Source: the human T2T-CHM13v2.0 reference genome, Homo sapiens. From it: a DNA stretch of 64,000 nucleotides. Positions 58,338 to 64,000 of the stretch are shown one piece after another. The notes below the pieces were generated by a model, which worked only from the letters and a program-made list of their open reading frames with translations, was not told the origin of the DNA and searched no databases. Made by a program: the position numbers and the translations under genes. Location of the stretch: the NCBI RefSeq assembly GCF_009914755.1, contig NC_060928.1; one strand, written 5' to 3'. Numbering within the stretch: the first letter of the stretch is position 1; each line of letters begins with the position of its first letter.

Positions 58338-59286
58338 TGATAGTGAAAGGAAACATACAGATTCCTAGTCAGGCAGGGACAGGTCCCCAGTGAAACCCAA
58401 CCTTTAAACCAAGGACAGCCTGAAGCCTGAAAACTGAGCTGCCAGTTCTGCATGGGTCCACAACCAGAGTGAGAACTTCCTCGATGCGTTTTAGCCAATC
58501 GAATTGTGCTTCTGCCTGCTTGTGGACTAATCAGCATGCACTCCCCCATTCTGAGCCCATAAAAACCTCAGACTCAGCCTCACAGGCAGCCACCTGCTTT
58601 TGGGCCCTGTCTCAAACAGAGGGCTACCCACTCAGGTCCCCTCTCATGTTGAGAGCTTTTCTGTCACTCAATAAAACTCTTCTCTGCCTAGCTTACTCTC
58701 CAGTGTCTGTGTAACTCATTCCTCTTGGTTGTGGGACAAGAACCCGGAACCCACCAAATGACAGGTGCAAAAAGAGCTGCAACACTGAAAGCCTCCCTTC
58801 CACTTGCTGAGCAACAAGGGAGAAAAAGCCATTGGGCACCACATGCCTTTGTTTGCCAAGCTGTAGGCAGCAGAACCAAATGAGCTGTGACACGTCCTCA
58901 TTCACTGAAGCTGTGGGCGGCAGGAATGAATGAGAGTTGTAACACTTCCTGGAGGCTTAGACCTTGGGAGGCCCTGAGCAAAAGCTATAACACCGCTTGG
59001 GGCTCTACGGTTGCTGTCACCTCCCAGTTTGTGGGCACCACTACATTCTCCTCATCCAGACACTGGCACCCAAGGTGGAAGCCAGTCTTATCACTCCTGG
59101 ACCAGCTGTGGGCTGAGCACAGAGCCATGGCAGGCATGGGATCTGGGCCAGTAGCATGAGCTGAGTGCAGCCCATGGGGACAAGTGGGCAGAGCAAGCCC
59201 AGTGGGCCTGAGCCAAGTCCGGGAGAAGTGCCACCAGATGTGGAGATTTCTGGTTGGTGAAGGTGCACCAAGAGAATCCTGTGTCA
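58338..59286 (+). mobile_element. ERV1 solo LTR (LTR28-like)
   Basis: tgatagtgaaagga...ggtccccagtgaaacccaacc...cccataaaaacc...aataaa...gaatcctgtgtca; TG...CA ends; near-TSD tctc/cctc. Confidence 0.82.
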
Positions 59287-59587
59287 CCTCTTCAACACTG
59301 GGAAACATTATTTTGGTTTACACTGTAAATATTTAAATGGACATACACGTTCATTCCTTTCCTTTTCATTCCTTACTGTCTTACATTTTTACTATATTAT
59401 CTAATTAGTTTTCTTCTGATTGCAAGAAGAGCCTTTAATTTGCTCTTCAGTGCTGGTATTCTCATGTCAAATTCTCTATATTTTTATTTTCATCATTTTT
59501 TAGACTGGGCATATTACTTCATCATCATTCTCAAAATATATTTTGCTAGCTTTTAAATTTTATGTTTTTTCTTATTTTTGTGGCAAA

Positions 59588-60260
59588 TTTTTTTAAAAAT
59601 TCAACTTTTAGATACAGAGGGTGCATGTGAATATTTGTTCCATGGGAATATTGCATGATGCTGAGGTTTGGAGTATGGATCCTGTTACCCTGGTGAGTGA
59701 GAATAGTGTCTAATAGTTTTTTAACCCACCTCCCTTCCCTCCACTTTCCAATAGTCCACAGTGTCTATTGTTCCCATATTTATGACCATGTGTGCTCAAT
59801 GTTCAGCTTCCACTTCTCTGCAAGAACATGTAATATTTCATTTTCTGTTCCTGAATTAATTTGCTTAGGATTATTGTCTCCAGTTCTGTCTACGTTGCTG
59901 CAAAGGACATGATTTCATTCTTTTTTATGGCTGCATAGTATTCCAAGGTGTATATGTATCACCTTCTTTTTATCCAATCTTTTTGGTGAAATGATTTATT
60001 TTCTTTTGGGTGTATGCCCAGTGGTGGGATTGCTAGGTAAAATGGCAGCTTTAAGTACTTTGAAAAATCTCCAGACAGCTCTCCACCATTGCTGGAATAA
60101 TTTACATTCCCACCAACAGTGTGTAAGAATTCTCTTTTTTCTGCAACCTCACCCCCATCTGTTGTTTTTTGGCTTTTTAATAGTAGCCATACCGATTGAT
60201 GTGAGATGGTATCTCACAGCAGTTTTGATTTGTGCATTTCTGATCATTAGTGATGCTTTT
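59588..60260 (-). mobile_element. Older primate L1 (L1PA15/16-like) 3' fragment with internal deletion
   Basis: atattgcatgatgctgaggtttgg...ctgcaaaggacatgatttcattcttttttatggctgcatagtattcc; gap near 59980. Confidence 0.82.
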
Positions 60261-60689
60261 AGCATTTAAAAAATAAATTTAAATTCTATTTGTTTCCATT
60301 GTTTGTGTTAATAAGTTAGCTGTTAGTTTAAGGCTCCTAAGAAGGTAATCTGTTTCTGCCTTTTCCTTTTGCTTTAATATTTAGATATTTTTTATAATAT
60401 GCCTAGAGGAGAATATTTTTATTATTTATTATGTTGAGATTTGTTAATATTCTTGAATTTGTAACATGATGTATTCTATATCTTTTAGCAAATTTTAAGC
60501 CATTATTTCCTCAAATATTGGTTTATACCACCCTCTGTACCCTGTCTTTTTGGAAATTTAGTTACAAATAAAAACTATGCGTAATACCTTCTCTTTAATA
60601 TTTCCATCTTTATGACTTTACATATTTTAATACAAATAGTTTCTTTTAGGATACTTTCGTGTTAACATACATCTTTCGTTTTATATAAT

Positions 60690-60958
60690 CTTTTTTTTTA
60701 AAATCTTTAGATCCACAGGGTACATTTTCAGGTCTGCTACATGGGTATATTGTGTAATGTTGGGATTTGGGCCCCTATTGAACCCGTCATCCAAATGGTG
60801 AACATAGTATCCAACAGGTAGTTTTGCAACCTTTACCCCCCTCCCATTCTCCACCCTTTTTGGAGTCCCCAGTGTTGTTTCCATCTTTATGTCCATGTGT
60901 ACCTACTGTTTTGCTGTTACCTATAAGTAGAAATATACAGTATTTGATTTTCTGTTTC
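60690..60958 (-). mobile_element. Older primate L1 (L1PA16/L1PB4-like) 3' UTR fragment
   Basis: ggggtacatt...tacatgggtatattgtgtaatg...tttggagtccccagtgt...ccatctttatgtccatgtgtacc. Confidence 0.78.
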
Positions 60959-61219
60959 TAGCCAAATCTTTTTGTTCAATTGCCTTAGCTTGGTTTACAA
61001 TAGAAAAACACCCCCAGGACACACGCAGGATTTCAATTACATCTTAAGTATTATTGAGTTCATCTTTGTGAAGTAGAGGAAGGGCTCATGAAACTAAAAT
61101 GACATTAAATCCCAGAACTAATATTCATATCCCATATATTTTAAATAAGTTATTGACATCATTACTAGTTAAAAATGCAAGTAATACCTACCTATTTATT
61201 TATAAGACGAAGTTGCAAA

Positions 61220-61405
61220 TTTATACATATTTACATATGTATATATACATATATATGTAGATAATATATATAAAGATATACATGTAGACACAAATATATG
61301 TATATATTTGCAAATGTGTACTATTCATTAAAATAGTGTATATATTTATTACATAAATATAATGTATACTCTATAAATATATATTTATAAACTTTTTTAG
61401 TATAA
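61220..61405. repeat. (TA)n-derived low-complexity tract
   Basis: Visible directly. Confidence 0.7.
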
Positions 61406-64000
61406 TAAATCTTGACTATGACTTTTTCTGAGATTCTGCTACAAAAATATAAATAAGGAAAATGGAATATTTAATACATATATGGCATGTGTATTGGTCA
61501 ATATATAAATTTTATCACTTTTTTCAGAATATATATCTTGCACACTATATTTTTGCTTGAATAACATGGATGTTTTGACCCGGAAATTAGTCAAATTTTT
61601 ATTAATACATGTTTTCAGAATTTTCCTCTGCTTCGCTTATATAAAGCAGGTTCTTTAAATTTTCTAGTTCAAATATGACTGAATCTGACAATAATACTTG
61701 TCATAAACATTTTTATTGCTATTGAATTCATAGGTTGAATAGTTGATAAAAGTATGCTTTCTGAAGAAGCACTAAGTATATATTTTGTACAGACATTTAA
61801 ATCACCATGACTTCTCATTCATCAATATTTCTAACCAAGATGATTTATTTGAAATATTAAATGCATACCTAAGAAATTTAGGCCATGGTAATTTATCTAC
61901 TTAAAACACCAGTTCAACTATCCAAAGCAATTGCTTTCTTTTTTAGTTGGGAGTGGGCTTACACAATTAGGAAATAATATTGATAATGTTCATATTACAT
62001 CTGAACAATATAATGTCACAAAACGGTGGTGTTTAAAGTGGGATTCTCCAAGAGTTAATATTGGCCTAAAATAATTTGACATAGAATGATAATATTACAT
62101 TTTTATACTTAATTTTAAAGAACAGTTCTCCGCCGTTTTGGTAGTAAACTTCTGAATTTTACAATCTGTACCAAAATGTTCAAATACATACTGATATATT
62201 TACTATGTAATGTCTTTAGAGAAAAATTATTACATTTAAAAGAATTGCATTATATAATCCTTAATCACTTTCCTTAATGACCCATCTACTCCAAAACAAC
62301 TAATAATATAATTTTAATAGTTCTTAAACTAGTTTCCTGAAAGTCAACTTCTTTCATAGAATTTAATAGTGTGTTGAACATCAGTTCCTCTTGACATAGA
62401 ATTTTGTATGAGAAAGACTTGATTTCAAATTCATTCTCTATAAATTACATGCTTAAGGATGGTAATTTCATTTTTTGAGCTTCCCATTGGTTATCTTAAT
62501 ATTGGAAATAATAATAAAATCCAAATAACATGGTTGGTAAAGAAGTTTGTTTAAATAATAACTGTAAGGCACTTAGCTTGGTGCTTGGAAGAGAAGAAGC
62601 ATTCAAAAATTATTTATTACCATTATTAAGGATAATTATTAGCAAGGCACTCAAACTTGATAGATTATTCTGGAGAGAATATATTTTTCTATTAAATTTG
62701 TATCTAAATCTAAGTATTTGGCTAAATTTTCAGAAAGTATACTCAAAGCCTTATACTATACTATATAGCTCAGAGCAGTTACTTTTTTCAATTTATCTAT
62801 CATTTATTTTCAAAAATGAATTAGTGTTTTGTCAACTAATAAATTTTAGTAATTTACAGCAGAACTACAATGACTTAATTCATTCTTATTTCTCTTTTAT
62901 ATATTAAATTGTATTTTTATTGCGAAATATTTTTAAAATATGTTCAAATATCTCCTTTTAGCAATATGCAGAAAAATAAGAAAATTGACCTATAATCCAA
63001 AACACCAATTATTGTCTTTCTCCTTCTATTTCACGTACTTTTCCTTGTACATACTCATTTTCAGACTTTTCTAATGCAACATTAGAAATAAAATTTGATA
63101 AGTATCTAAAATAAATATAAGAGATGGATTAAATTTTCCAAATCCAGGTTAAAAAAAGATAATGATAAATAAATTGGAGCATTGAATGTTTTGTGGTGTG
63201 ACACATATAGCAAGTAAGCAATGCATAAACTAGAAAGAAAATTTAGTTTTATTTAATCATTTTGTCATACTTAGAGCTGCTCATTTACCCCCCTGCAAAA
63301 AAAAAAAAAAAATCATGAAAAAGGAAGTCAGCTAATATAGGTGCAAATTTCTTGGGACTGACAAGACTGGCCTAAGGTCAAATGCATATTGTTAGGATAG
63401 CAGAAAGGGACAGAGGAGGAAACAGCAACAACAACAACTTCAAGTGTTCAATTCTATTAGACTTGGAAGAATACAAGAGTGAGAAGAGAGAGTGAAAGAG
63501 ATTAACTGAGTTGGCTATTGTTTGTGTCTTAATAGCACAAGGGTAAATTAAAAGAAAGATAATGAGATATCTAATCGAAAAGTGGACCTTTTGAAAAACA
63601 CTAATAAATCATGGGAGGACTATAGCTTTTAAATATATTATTATAATTAGATCTAGTAACCAAAATGACATTTTATTTTTAAACTTTCTCTTCATCTGCC
63701 TCAAAGATGAGAGTATGTATTTATCACATTAGTAGTTTTTAAATGTTCAGATTATGTTTTCTTATATTTTACTATCTTCTAAGTCAAATAAGTAGTTACA
63801 AAATAAGATAATATCTGAGAAATTTTTTGCAAATCATGACATAAGCCATTACTATGGTTATTCAGGTATTTTTTCTTTAAAACATCTTCCTTATCTTCTA
63901 TGGCCTATCTTTTGATATGTAAACTGATATAACATTTTTCAGAAAGAATTTTTGCGCAGGTATAGTGTTGGTAGTTTAAGTAGGGTTCCTCATGTATCAT

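Noticed and set aside
62530-62907. 125-aa ORF in the AT-rich distal region
   Set aside because: Low-complexity Leu/Ile/Phe/Asn composition, overlaps an L2/MIR-like trace, and has no recognisable domain.

Overview
Primate (very probably human) gene-poor, AT-rich genomic DNA with no intact protein-coding gene. The first 15 kb is a composite block: the 3' half of an L1PA element (1-2435), about 45 monomers of divergent, CENP-B-box-less alpha satellite (2436-11307) split by a MER11 solo LTR, and, joined directly to the satellite, a disabled LARP1B retrocopy that brings its own GC/CpG-rich 5' end. The retrocopy looks only partly processed, keeps an in-frame N-terminal extension and lacks the RG-repeat segment and the DM15 domain. 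Its expected 3' target-site duplication is missing and the satellite never resumes, so it marks the satellite/unique-DNA boundary. The remaining ~49 kb is ordinary transposon-rich DNA: decayed ERV1 and ERVL internal regions, MaLR and MER4-group LTRs, Ricksha, MER20, L1, L2, MIR and Alu. It also holds one dense candidate neural enhancer motif cluster near 49.0 kb. I found no convincing wholly new biological system; the satellite-retrocopy junction is the best lead. Family names come from recalled consensus sequences, not database searches.
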